This document shows positions 1 through 10,966 of a stretch of 64,000 nt of DNA, one piece after another (position 1 is the first letter of the stretch; every line of letters starts with the position of its first letter). A program made the position numbers and the translations under genes. The stretch comes from Heptranchias perlo. Lineage: Eukaryota. Location: contig NC_090347.1 of the NCBI RefSeq assembly GCF_035084215.1, positions 39,990,001 to 40,054,000 on the forward strand, written 5' to 3'. The notes under the pieces were generated by a model. That model made no database searches and was not told the origin of the DNA. It worked only from the letters and a program-made list of their open reading frames with translations.

Positions 1-69
1 CCAGTTGGGCCGAATGGCCTGTTTCTGCGCTGTAAATTCTATGTAATTTCCTTTCGTGGTGTTAAGTGG

Positions 70-420
70 GGGATAAATGTTGAGTCGGGTAACACCCTGC
101 TCCTCTTCAAATAGTGCAATGGGTTCTTTTATATCCACCTGAACAGGTAGGTTGGGCCTTGATTTGACATCTCATCCAAAAGACGGCACCGCTGACAACG
201 CAGCACCCTCTCGGTAGGGCACTGAAATGTCAGCCTCAGGTCCTGGAGTGGGGCTTGACCCTATGACCTTCTCCGAGATGAGAGTGCTACCAACTGAGCC
301 AAGCTGACACCTTGCTACATTACAACAGTGACTACACTTCAAAAAGTACTTGATTGGCTGTAAAGCGCTTTGGGACGTCCTGAGGTCGTGAAAGGCGCTA
401 TATAAATGCAAGTTCTTTCT
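70..420. mobile_element. SacSINE1/DeuSINE-like tRNA SINE; 5' half on - (70-310) joined to 3' tail on + (314-420)
   Basis: Reverse-complement tRNA head and Deu-type core, then forward L2-type tail gtaaagcgctttggg...aaaggcgctatataaatgcaag. Confidence 0.85.
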
Positions 421-1200
421 TGCTTTCTTTACCTAAGGAAAATCCAATCCATGGCTGTTGGATAAACTGGTGTCAGAAAACATTTTCACTGAAAGGTGTT
501 ACCGTTTTTGTTTAGCCCTGTCTACGTTAACAAAGCACTCAACAGCGACAACTGTAAAACAAAGAAAGATCTGTCCTAGATTTTACCCGCTGGAGCAATA
601 AGCAGTGTCAGGAATTGTCCTGTGACAATAACAGGCAAGCCACAGACTTCCATTGAATTGAGACTGTGTGAGTTTTCATTTGCCTTCAAGGGGCATATCA
701 TTAAGATGGAGATGCCTATTTATCCTTTAGATAATTGAAAACCTACAAAGCAGATTTACTGTTGAAACACCAATCTCACATGGAGTGACGCACGACAGCT
801 AGCTGGGCTCTTTGTCCGTGGGGAATTAGGTTTTATTTTAATTGCAATGAATTTTTCGGTCTCATTTGTTGCCCTTTACTGAAGCAGAAAATCATTGAAT
901 AAAATGAATTGATATTTAGTGCAAACTTTCCAAAGGCAGGGACTCTGTGTGTGCGTTGCTGGGAGAATAAGCTGAACCTTCACAATCTTCCCAATGCTTT
1001 TATTCAGTTTTGTTTTTGAAGAGTTCTTCAGGGATTAGTGTCTCTCTCTCTCTTATAGCGGGAAGATTGTAAGTGCAGTGTTAAAGAACACGTTTAATGG
1101 GAAGTCCCGCAAGGCCTCGTGCTCACACGCAGCCCGCACGTGTTAGAAAAATGGCAGCAGCGCAGACGTAATTTTCCAACATGCGCAGGCTGCCTCCGAG

Positions 1201-1473
1201 TAGGGTTGCCAAACCTCCAGGATTGCCCTGGAGTCCCTAGGAATTGAAGATTAATCTCCAGGACACTGCTGCAAGCAAAACCCGGGAGAGAAATCATTGG
1301 GGCATTAAAAAAAATGGTGTGTTTGTTTCATTTTCTTTGAATACTTTTGTTTATTAATTATAGAAATATTGGAGATGGGAGTGAAAGGCTGTTTTACTGG
1401 ACGGGGTGGTTGGAGGTGGGAGGTTATATGATGAAACCTCCAGGAATATATCCAACCAGAGTTGGCAACCCTA
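1201..1473 (+). mobile_element. hAT (Blackjack-like) MITE, copy 1
   Basis: Termini TAGGGTTGCCAA...TTGGCAACCCTA; 8-bp flanks cctccgag/cgtgcgag (6/8); internal sequence shared with the 41038 and 53862 copies. Confidence 0.8.
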
Positions 1474-1695
1474 CGTGCGAGGCTCTGCCAGCTCCTCTGG
1501 GCCTAACAGAATTATAACATTTATGATTTTGCTACGAGTAGCGACTAGAGGGAATCTTTTCCTTGAAGAGTTAATGGCCTTACTGTTGATTGTGCTTAAA
1601 CAGCCACCAACCAAACAGGATACATTCCGAATTCTACAATTTCCTGCAATATTGAGTTTGATATCGGAAATTTCAGAAAAATTGCTAATCATGAC

Positions 1696-2085
1696 CTGAG
1701 CACAAAATCTAGGCTGATACTCCAGTGCAGTACTGAGGGAGTGCTGCATTGTTGGAGGTGCCGTCTTTCGGATGAGACGTAAAACCGAGGCCCCGTCTGC
1801 CCTCTCGGGTGAATGTAAAAGATCACATGGTGCTATTTCGAAGAAGAGCAGGGGAGATCTCCCTGGTGTATTGGCCATTATTTATCCCTCAACCAACATC
1901 GATAAAACTGATTATCCGGTCATTTATCTCATTATGCTTGTAGGTCCTTGCTGTGCGCAAATTGACTGCCACGTTTCCTACATTACAACAGTGACTACAT
2001 TTCAAAAGTACCTCATTGGCTGTAAAGCACTTTGAGATATCCTGAGGTCAGGAAAGGCGCTATATAAATGCAAGTTCTTTCTTTC
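1696..2085 (+). mobile_element. SacSINE1/DeuSINE-like SINE, 5'-truncated
   Basis: Core ggaggtgccgtctttcggatgagacgtaaaaccgagg; tail ggcgctatataaatgcaagttctttc. Confidence 0.9.
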
Positions 2086-2156
2086 TTTTTTTCTTTCTTG
2101 CTGACTTCATTATCTCTCAAGCAATTAGTGAGATGCTTAACTAGTGTAAGAGTTGT

Positions 2157-2580
2157 AATATAGGGCTGGTCCACCAATGCCTTGATTTTAAAATTCTCAT
2201 CCTCGTATTCAAATCCCTCCATTGTCTTCCTATCTCTGAAACCTCCTCCAGCCCTACAACCCTCCGAGAACTCTGCGTTCCTCCAACTCTGGCCTCTTGT
2301 GCATCCCCCACTTCCTTCGCCCCACTATTAGCGGCCATGTCTTCAGCCGTCTAGGCCCTAAGCTCTGGAATTCCCTCCCTAAACCTCTCTGCCTCTCTAC
2401 CTCTCTCTCCTCCTTTAAGAGGGTCCTTAAAACCTATCTCTTTGACCAAGCATTTGGTTACCTGTCCTAATATCGCCTTCATTTGGCTCGGAGTCAATTT
2501 TTGTCTCATAACGCTCCTGTGAAGCGCCTTGGGACTTTTTACTACATTAAAGGCGTTACATAAATGCAAGTTATTGTTGT
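2157..2580 (+). mobile_element. L2 LINE 3' fragment
   Basis: Decayed ORF2 end (FKILILVFKSLH..., KLWNSLP); tail shared with the SINEs, ending gttattgttgt. Confidence 0.85.
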
Positions 2581-2639
2581 TTATCTTTCATTTCCTTCAC
2601 TTTTCTCACTTCCTCATCTGAAGTTGATGATGGGTTGGT

Positions 2640-2985
2640 TTAGTGGCTGCCAGCAACCTTCTCTTACCTCCCCCAAGTTGTCATTATGCATGGTAGGCAA
2701 TTCAACCATGTAGGGCATCAATGTTGAACCCAATCTTGCTTTCATGCAGCATTCAAACACATGTTCATCCAGCAGATGTCAACAGATTGTGATCGGCAGT
2801 GAGAACTGTAGCTTTTTGCCCTCCCTGGTCCATGATTCTGAAGCCAAATTTAGAACGTTCACCGCTACCCCGACTAAGATTGGCCAACTCAATACAGATC
2901 AAGAAGGAACAAAGCTGGGATCTTCCTGATTTGCAGGGTTCAGCATGACACCACACAGTGCATTTATCCACTGAGCAATCAGGGG
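2640..2985 (-). mobile_element. Ancient tRNA SINE, AmnSINE2/MamSINE1-like, degenerate
   Basis: Reverse-complement similarity to the copies at 8250, 27765 and 61040; family name from recollection. Confidence 0.5.
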
Positions 2986-3102
2986 AACTGCTGCCTCACT
3001 GTTAACAAAGGTAATTGTCATGGAGACCATCATGGAGGTCGGGCTATCCCAGCATCCGCAGCTATAGGGAAAGTCCCCTATTAAATCTATAAGCCTTATG
3101 GA

Positions 3103-3515
3103 AAGAAAGAACCTGCATTTATATAGTGCCTTTCACAATCTCAGGACATTCCAAAGCGCTTTACAACTAATTAAGTACTTTTGAAGTGTGGTCACTGTAG
3201 GAAGCGTGGCAGCCAATTTGCGCACAGCAAGATCCAACAAACAGCAATGAGATGATGACCAGATAGTCTGCTCTAGTGAGGTTGGTTGAGGGATGCATAT
3301 TGGCCAGGATACCAGGGAGAACTCCCCAGCTCTTCTTTGAAGAATGCCGTTGGATCTACCTGAGAGGGCAGACGGGGCCTCGGTTTAATGTCTCATCCGA
3401 AAGACGACACCTCCGACAGTACTGCGCTCCCTCAGCTCAAGTCTCTCAGGTAGGACTTGAACCCACAATCTTCTAACTCAGAGGCGAGAGCGCTTCCACT
3501 GAGCCACAGCTGACA
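3103..3515 (-). mobile_element. SacSINE1/DeuSINE-like SINE
   Basis: Head-to-tail reverse-complement match to the other copies. Confidence 0.9.
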
Positions 3516-4442
3516 CACAATTAATAGGGAGCTTTCACTAATACTATAGCAAATGGGCTAACCCTGTCTCCATAGCTCTCCTTTGCTTAGTCTCACTTTT
3601 GAAATCCCACTGTTGGTGGTCTGTGAAGAGAAGTATAAAGGTAGACATTTTTAAAAAGCAAGAAACGAAAAGAAGAGAAGTAAAATGGATGAAAGAGAGG
3701 TAGAGGAAAGGAGGGTATATTAATGCGATTGAGACATCTGAACACCGTTTGCTAATTTTAGCTATGTTTATGTATTTAGCAGCTTTCACAACCTCAGGGT
3801 GTCGCAAAGCACTTTACAGCCAATGAAGTACTTTTGAAGTGTAGTCACTGTTGTAATTTAATACAAAAGTCACCTCAGGTTTATGATTATCGACTGCAAT
3901 CCTCACATCTAGGCTTTGTCTAGTGTTGACAGGCGCTGCTAAAGTGACTGTTTCCAGCATCTTGCTTTCACTCCAATAGCCCTAATTTCTGGATCCCCAA
4001 CACAACAGACCTGATCCATGGTCATTTTCAAGAGCGTTGTGCTGTGAAGAGCCTATGAGTGGAGCACCATCTAGTGGACGATCGCTGAGCAGCAGAACTG
4101 AGCGAGACCAACAAATCATCATGAGATCAGTAAAGGTCCCCGAAGGAGGAATCATAATGAATTGCCTGGCTGTTGAAGAGTCATTAATCAACTGAGATGT
4201 TAGTCGTTAGCGGTCTCCGCTGTTATGTTTGCAGGCAAATAGATCATTGCACCAATAGATTATTTTCAGGCTTCGATAAAATCTAAATTGATATTAAAAT
4301 AATTCTAACCAATAATAAAGTAATAGACTGGAAAGGAAGGAGATTTACTAATATATTAATAACATTACTCTTTGGGGTTGCAGAGGTGCTAAGGTGACAG
4401 GACTGGTGATAGACGGTTCAGACTAAGTGGCAGGCTCAGTGT

Positions 4443-4622
4443 GGGTAATTTTCAGCTTTAATGGCCGGAGGGTAATTAGCAGAGTGGATCCCCCACCCGG
4501 TGTAGAACCCGTCACTGAAATCAATGGGGTAAAGATCAGGTGGGTTCTATACCGGGCGAGGGATTCATTCCACCAGATTACCTCCCTCTCCACACTGGCG
4601 GTGAAGGTGAATATAATCCCCC
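4443..4622. mobile_element. Palindromic MITE, possibly Harbinger-derived (relatives ~44608-44730, 53077-53783, 57795-57930)
   Basis: Ends gggtaattttca...tgaa..ataatcccc with an internal imperfect inverted repeat (tagaaccc / gggttcta). Confidence 0.55.
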
Positions 4623-4644
4623 AGTGAAGGAAGGAAAGAAATAT

Positions 4645-4890
4645 ATATATTGGCCAGGACACTGGAAGAACTCCTCTGCTCTTCTTTGAATAGTGCCATG
4701 GGACCTTTTACGTGTTACCTGAGAGAGCACACAGGGCTTCAGTTTAACGGCTCATCCGAAAGACAGCACCTCCGACAGTGCAGTGCTCCCTCGGTACTGC
4801 ACTTTCGTTCTCAAGTCTCTGGAGCACGCCTCGAAGCCACAACCTTCTAACTCAGGGCCAAGAGTGCTACCAACTGAGCCACAACGGACA
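4645..4890 (-). mobile_element. SacSINE1-like SINE 5' half
   Basis: Reverse-complement Deu core and tRNA head. Confidence 0.85.
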
Positions 4891-5385
4891 CATACTGACA
4901 CATACCATATGTGGTAAACCTGAATAATGATACCTGCGCCAAGTAGACCCACAGTGCTCCAGGACACTACTGATGGTTGACCAGCCAGATTGGCTCATTA
5001 TCGGGACCTGTGGTGGCAGATTTTTCACTGGAGACCGAGATCCTTCCCATTCCGTTCCAAAATGACCATTAAAGCCTGTGGCCTAATAGACTGGACAGTT
5101 GGTTAATAATTTTTGTGCAGATTTCGAGGTCCCTACAGTTGCCTCTTGCCTAAACTCTCAGGGCTTCAATATGTGGGATATATCCCTACAGCGAGAAATG
5201 TGTGGTCTGTATTGGGACAAACAGAAAATCTTACCTGTGCGGGTTTCTCAGTGGATTGGTTTGGAGACGGTGAAGGCTAGCAATGGGTTTCCGTTTGTGT
5301 CAGACATCCAACTGACCAAAGAAACAAAATTGTATTAAGATCAACAAAAAATGTATTTTGATCTCTGATTCTAATAACTATTCAG

Positions 5386-5835
5386 AATGATACCAGGGCT
5401 TAGAGGGTTAAATTATGAGGACAGATTGCATAAATGTGGCTTGTATCCCCTTGAGTATAGAAGGTTGAGGGGTGATCTGATCGAGGTGTTTAAAATGTTA
5501 AAATGGTTCAATAGAGTAGATACAGAGAAACTGTTTCCACTGGTGGGGGAATCCAGAACAAGGGGACATAATCTTAACATTGGAGCTCGGTCATTCAGGA
5601 GCGAAATCATGAAGCATTTTTTTACACAAAGAATTGTGGAAATCTGGAACTCTGTCCCCCGAAAGGCTGTGGATGCTGGGGGTCAATTGGAGCTTTCAAG
5701 ACTGAGATTTCTGTTGGGTAAGGGTATCGAGTGATATGGAGCAAGGGCGGGAAGATGGTGTTGAGGTGCAGATTAACCATGATCTAATTGAACGACGGAA
5801 CAGGCTCAAGGGTTGAATGGCCTACTCCTCTTCCT
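5386..5835 (+). mobile_element. CR1 LINE 3' fragment
   Basis: LEYRRLRGDLIEVFK...SRTRGHNL...FFTQRIVEIWNS; 3' UTR ending ggcctactcct. Confidence 0.92.
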
Positions 5836-6626
5836 AATCACCTCAGAGTTAGAAGGTTGTTGGTTCCGGTCCAAGGTTTGAGCACGTCATCTGGGCTGGC
5901 ACTTTGAGGCCTTAAGCTGAGGATACGACCGCCTGTTCAGGTGAAGGTAAAAGATCCCTGGGCTATTTTAACTCCTGGGTCTCATTTGCATCCAGCCAAC
6001 CTGCTGCCTGCCCAAAACGTAAGGAAAGAGGCTGCCGGCTGGCTTCGGGTCGATCAAAATCGCGGGCCCTGGGGGGGCCACCCACCGGCACCGAGGTACA
6101 CCATAGTGGGGGGGGGAATTGGAGGAGGCCCAGACTTTCCTTGTGAAGCCCAAAGGATCACTCCTGGCACCACTAAGGAAACGATTTTTTACTTACTTTA
6201 AGAGGGCCCCACTCAGTAGGCCGTTAAAATGCCATCGGGACCTACTGTAATCATAGGACCCCGATTTGCATATATTAATGGGCTCCAGCCTGCGTCAATC
6301 AGGCACCTCGGACGCCTAAAAAAGGGCCCAGTTAAGATGGTGGCGGACGGGAATCGAGCGGGAAGGTGGCGGCAAGTCTTTGCACGGTTATTTTAATCGC
6401 GTGCTCGCCTGTTCCCGCCTGGCGAGGTGGGTTAGCGTTCCCTCTCAATGTGTATGTTTGCTTTGATAAATAGGCAAAAGGGAGCTGGTATTGCAGACTT
6501 GAGCGTAATTTAGTTCCTGGCTATTGAAATGTTGGTGGAGTTTAGCAAAATGATGAGAGTTTTAAAATACTTTTCCACAACACACCACAAGATGTCAGTA
6601 GGATTCCCAAGCAAGTTAGTTAATAA

Positions 6627-7337
6627 AGAAAGACTTGCATTTATATAGCGCCTTTCACGACCTCAGGACTTCCCAAAGCGCATTACAGCCAATGAAGTAC
6701 TTTTTTGAAGTGTAATTACTATGGTAATTTAGAAAAGACGGCAGCTTGTATGCACACAGCAAGATAACACAAACAACAATGTAATAATGACCAGACAATC
6801 TGATTTTGGTTGAAGGATAAATATTGGCCAAGTGATTGGCAAAAGAACCAAAGGCAACATGAGCAAAAGCTTTTTTACACAGCGAGTAGTTATGATCTGG
6901 AATGTGCTGCCTGAAAGGGCGGTGGAAGCAGATTCAATCGTGGCTCTCAAAAAGGAATTGGATAAATACTTGAAGGGAAATGATTTGCAGGGCTACGGGG
7001 AAAGAGCGGGGGAATGGGACTAACTGGATTGCTCTTACAAAGAGCCGGCACAGTTCTCGATGGGTCGAATGGCCTCTTTCTGTGCAGTAACCATTCTATG
7101 ATTCTAGGACGCCAGGAGAACGCCTCAGCTCTTCTTCAAAATAGTGCCGCGTGATCATTTACATCCACCTGAGATAGCAGACAGGGCTTCGGATTAACAT
7201 CTCATCCGAAAAACAACACCTCCAACAGTGCAGCACTCCCTCAGTACTGCACCAGTTATGTGCTCAAGTCTCTGGAGTTGAACCCACAATCTTCTGACTC
7301 AGAGGTGAGAGTGCTACCGACTGAGCCACGGCTGACA
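6627..7337 (-). mobile_element. SacSINE1-like SINE split by a + strand CR1 3' end (6832-7105)
   Basis: SINE breaks at atattggcca and resumes at aggacgccaggagaac; the insert encodes FFTQRVVMIWNVLP and ends ctatgattct. Confidence 0.85.
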
Positions 7338-7764
7338 TTGTAAGGTAATTAAGGTACTTGATCCCAGAGGAGGCAGAATGGCTCCTTTTGGACCTGAAGA
7401 CTTTAATTTGGTGTTCAGCCCAGAAGGGTCTGGGAGCACCTCAGGCAGGGGGGCTGTGGGGCGTTCTGCCTGGTGAGGCCTGATTGGCTTGGGTACCGCT
7501 GGAGGACCCTTATAGGGGCTGGTGCCCCGCCCCGACCATGCGAATGACTCCTGTCGCTGGGGTTTGGGACGGAGCCTCCGGCCTAGGTGTTGGGGGAGGG
7601 GTGTTCCCCTCAGTTGCATTTCCACCAGCGGAGTGGCTCCCGGAGGAATTGCACATCGGTGGAAATAGCCCCAGCATCTCAAGTCTTTCCTCACACCTAT
7701 ATTAAAGTTTGTTTCAGGTTCGTCGTGTGTGAGCTGAAAACCGAACCAAGCCACCAGTACAAGA

Positions 7765-8085
7765 ATTACATAGAATTTACAGCACAGAAACAGGCCATTC
7801 GGCCCAACTGGTCTGTGCCGGTGTTTATGCTCCACTCGAGCTTCCACCCACCCCTCTTCATCTAACCCTTTCAGCATCTCCTTCTATTCCTTTCTGCCTC
7901 ATTTACTTATCTAGCTTCCCCTTAAATACATCTACACTATCTGTCTCAACTACTCCATGCGAGTTTCACATTCTCACCACTCTCAGGGTAAAGAAGTTTC
8001 TGCTGAATTCCTTTTTGGGTTTGTTAGTGACTATCTTATATTTATGGCCCTTAGTTTTGGACTCCCCCACAAGTGGAATCACCTT
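7765..8085 (-). mobile_element. CR1 3' fragment
   Basis: PLVGESKTKGHKYKI...FSRNFFTLRVV on the - strand. Confidence 0.85.
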
Positions 8086-8249
8086 CAAGGCACCTGGAAC
8101 TGCGCTAACGGTCAAAAAAAATTGAGCAAGCTGTTTTTGCCTGTTTACCCTGACATGGGCCTCATAGTTTCTAGAAGGTGTAAATGTTAAAGTTGAAACA
8201 AAGGCATTAAATTGATCCTGATTGGTGAATTGGTAAATGCCCCCCACAC

Positions 8250-8540
8250 CCTCCCGATGTAGTACTGAGCCACACAGACCAGGTAGGTGCCAGGTGAGAT
8301 TCATGAGTTACCTAACAGTTGGCACGCTACAATTGCCCTCAGTACCAAGGAAATATGCCAGGGACCCCAGCTCGATTGCTTAAAAACGCATGGGTCTGAA
8401 CAGCAGCTGAGGATGCGACTGCGTTTAGCGGTGGCGCTCCCCCCATGGTCGAATAACTTGCCAACTGTCGCCGTACAGGTTCGCACGCGAAGAATGGTCG
8501 CTTGGCAAGGCGCAGAGGCTGCCTGGTTCCCGTGTGACTG
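8250..8540 (+). mobile_element. Ancient tRNA SINE, AmnSINE2/MamSINE1-like
   Basis: gtactgagccacacagaccagg...gctacaattgccctcag...ccccatggtcgaata...gaagaatggtc. Confidence 0.5.
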
Positions 8541-9309
8541 TTCCCCATCCTGGGGGCTAGCGCCCACATCAGACGGGAAAGCAGCTAACAAGACGATGGC
8601 GTTTCTGCCACGAATCTCTGGGCAGCACATTTTCCGGAAGGTGGGAATGCGATTCGGGGCAGGATATCTTTGGGTAAGATTCCAACCGGGCATGAGGGCG
8701 AATGCTAAAGACTAACAAGGAAAAAGTGACTGTTGGTGGCATCTGACATGGCCAGATGGGACTCCTCCGCCTTTAACTGAAGGACACAGGGCTCCATCTG
8801 TTGACAACAGCCATCACGACAGATCACACGTTTTCATGTGACATCATTCTATCGAGGGCCAGCAGAAACGTTAATGTTTTGCCGTCTGATTAATTGCAAC
8901 AAAAAAAAATAACAATTTCCCGCAGAGTTAATTGCATTCTCACTATGATAGCGTGGACTTTTTTTTAATCTGTGGACAGAGAAGCCTAAGGCCTAATCAC
9001 GTTAACCCCATGATACTTACAGAGCTTCTGTAACCAACCAATCACTTTGCAGGTGTTAGCCAACTTATTTCCCAGTGCCTCCCTGGGAGAACCTTCTCCC
9101 CTCCCTAGCTATTATTGAAGCAGGTGTCCTTGATCCTTATGATAGGCCTGCCCCTCCCACTCCCACTCTAAAAGTCAGCAGAGGGTTAAACCCGAGCCTG
9201 CGTGCCTTCTGGCAAACAGAAAGTCTTACTGAACAGACCTATTTCATTTTGTCACAATCCTTCCATTAGTTGTGGCAAATCTTCCCGGATTGAGTTATCA
9301 AACAAATAT

Positions 9310-9700
9310 AGGAGCATTATAAACAGCAGCAGGCCTCTCAGCCCCTCAAGCCTGTTCCCCTATTCAAACAGATCATGGCTGATCTGTACCTCGACTCTAT
9401 TTACCTACCTTTGCTCCCTTGATTCCCTTACCTAACAAAAATCTATCGATCTCAGACTTGAAAGTTCCAATAGTCCCCCAGCATCCTCAATCTTTTGGGG
9501 GAGAGAGTTCCAGATTTCCACTACCCTTTGCATGAAAAAGTGCTTCCTGATTTCACTCCTGAACGGCCTAGGTCTAATTTTAAGATTATGTCCCCTTGTT
9601 CTTGATTCCCCCACCAGAGGAAATAGTTTCTCCGTATCTACCCTATTAAATCGTTTTAACATTTTACACACCTCGATCAGATCACCCCTCAATCTCCTAT
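9310..9700 (-). mobile_element. CR1 3' fragment; truncated duplicate at 10425-10660
   Basis: RGDLIEV...GESRTRGHNLKI...EIWNSLP in both copies, with the same 5' breakpoint (aatctcctat|catcaaat). Confidence 0.9.
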
Positions 9701-10966
9701 CATCAAATAGATTATCATCACCTTTACATCAAAAGAGACCCACAGTCTTTCTATTAACAAACCCAGGCAGGCTTCTGTACAAAACCAGATAGATTTGGGA
9801 TCCCCCATACCCCAATTCCCAAGATTTTTTGGGATGCTTTTGGAAGAACGCGCAATAAGCACAGATTGACTGTAAATTTACAAGACACTGTTTAGGTTCC
9901 AATTCCAACAGTCTATGATGCCTCAAACTGATGTGGGATCATTAGAGCAGGATCTAGATGAAGTTTATTCGGTTGTTCAGGAGTTCCACGTGAAGGAGTT
10001 ATACACTTATCTTCCCTTCGATGTCCAAACCAGCTACCTCACTGCATCTGCCACAAAGCATGGAGTGAAAGAAGCACACACAAAGTATGAAACGACAGTA
10101 TGTAATCCAAAAGTATTTTTACCCGTGAGCTCTTTCTGGCACAGCTTTATTTTGGCCTATTTTGCTCACAGTGCATACAGTAGCATTCACTATGATACAG
10201 TAAGCCTTGGTGTACAACATGGTTTATGGGTCCCTTTCTAAGAGAGAAACTATATAAAACATTCTCTCTGTAACGCCTCATCCACTGTATCATGTCCATC
10301 ATTGTAACTATCCTCTTGAGACCTCTAATGTAATGTACATTGCTTGTGGCTCCCTCATTAATAGAGAGAAACGACATAAAACACCTTGTCTGGAGACCCT
10401 CTGTCTCGTTAACACAAATTGTCTTGAAAGCTCCAATCGTCCCAATATCCAAAGCCTTTTGGGGAAGAGAATTCCACATTTCTACTTTGCGTGAAAAAGT
10501 GCTTCCTGATTTCACTCCTGAATGGCTTGGCTCTAATTTTAAGATTATTCCCCTTTGTTCTTGATTCCCCCACCAGAGGAAATAGCTTCTCCGTATCTAC
10601 CCTATTAAATCGTTTTAGCATTTTAAACACCTCGATCAGATCATCCCTCAATCTCCTATCATCAAATGGATTATCATCAGAAAGCACCTTTAAATTAAAC
10701 GAGATCCACAGTCTTTCTATTAACAAACCCAAGCAGACTTCTGTACAAAACTGGATAGATTTGAGATCCCCCTTTACCCCAATTCCCTAGATGACATTCT
10801 TTGAGATGCTTTTGGAAGAACGTGCATTAAGCACGGATTGGCTGTTCGTCGACAAGACACTGTTTAGGCTCCAATTCCAACAGTCTATGACGCCTCAAAC
10901 TGATGTGGGATCATTACAGCAGGATCTAGATGAAGGTTGCTCGGTTGTTCAGGAGTTCCACGTGAA
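9460..10966 (+). repeat. Local duplication A(9460-9995)-B(9998-10397)-A'(10425-10966)
   Basis: A and A' align through ...gagttccacgtgaa; B matches 21699-22098. Confidence 0.9.

Noticed and set aside
430-488. Possible - strand mini-exon (MDWIFL, AG|GTAAAG)
   Set aside because: Weak acceptor, the donor overlaps a SINE tail, and the peptide is not recognisable.
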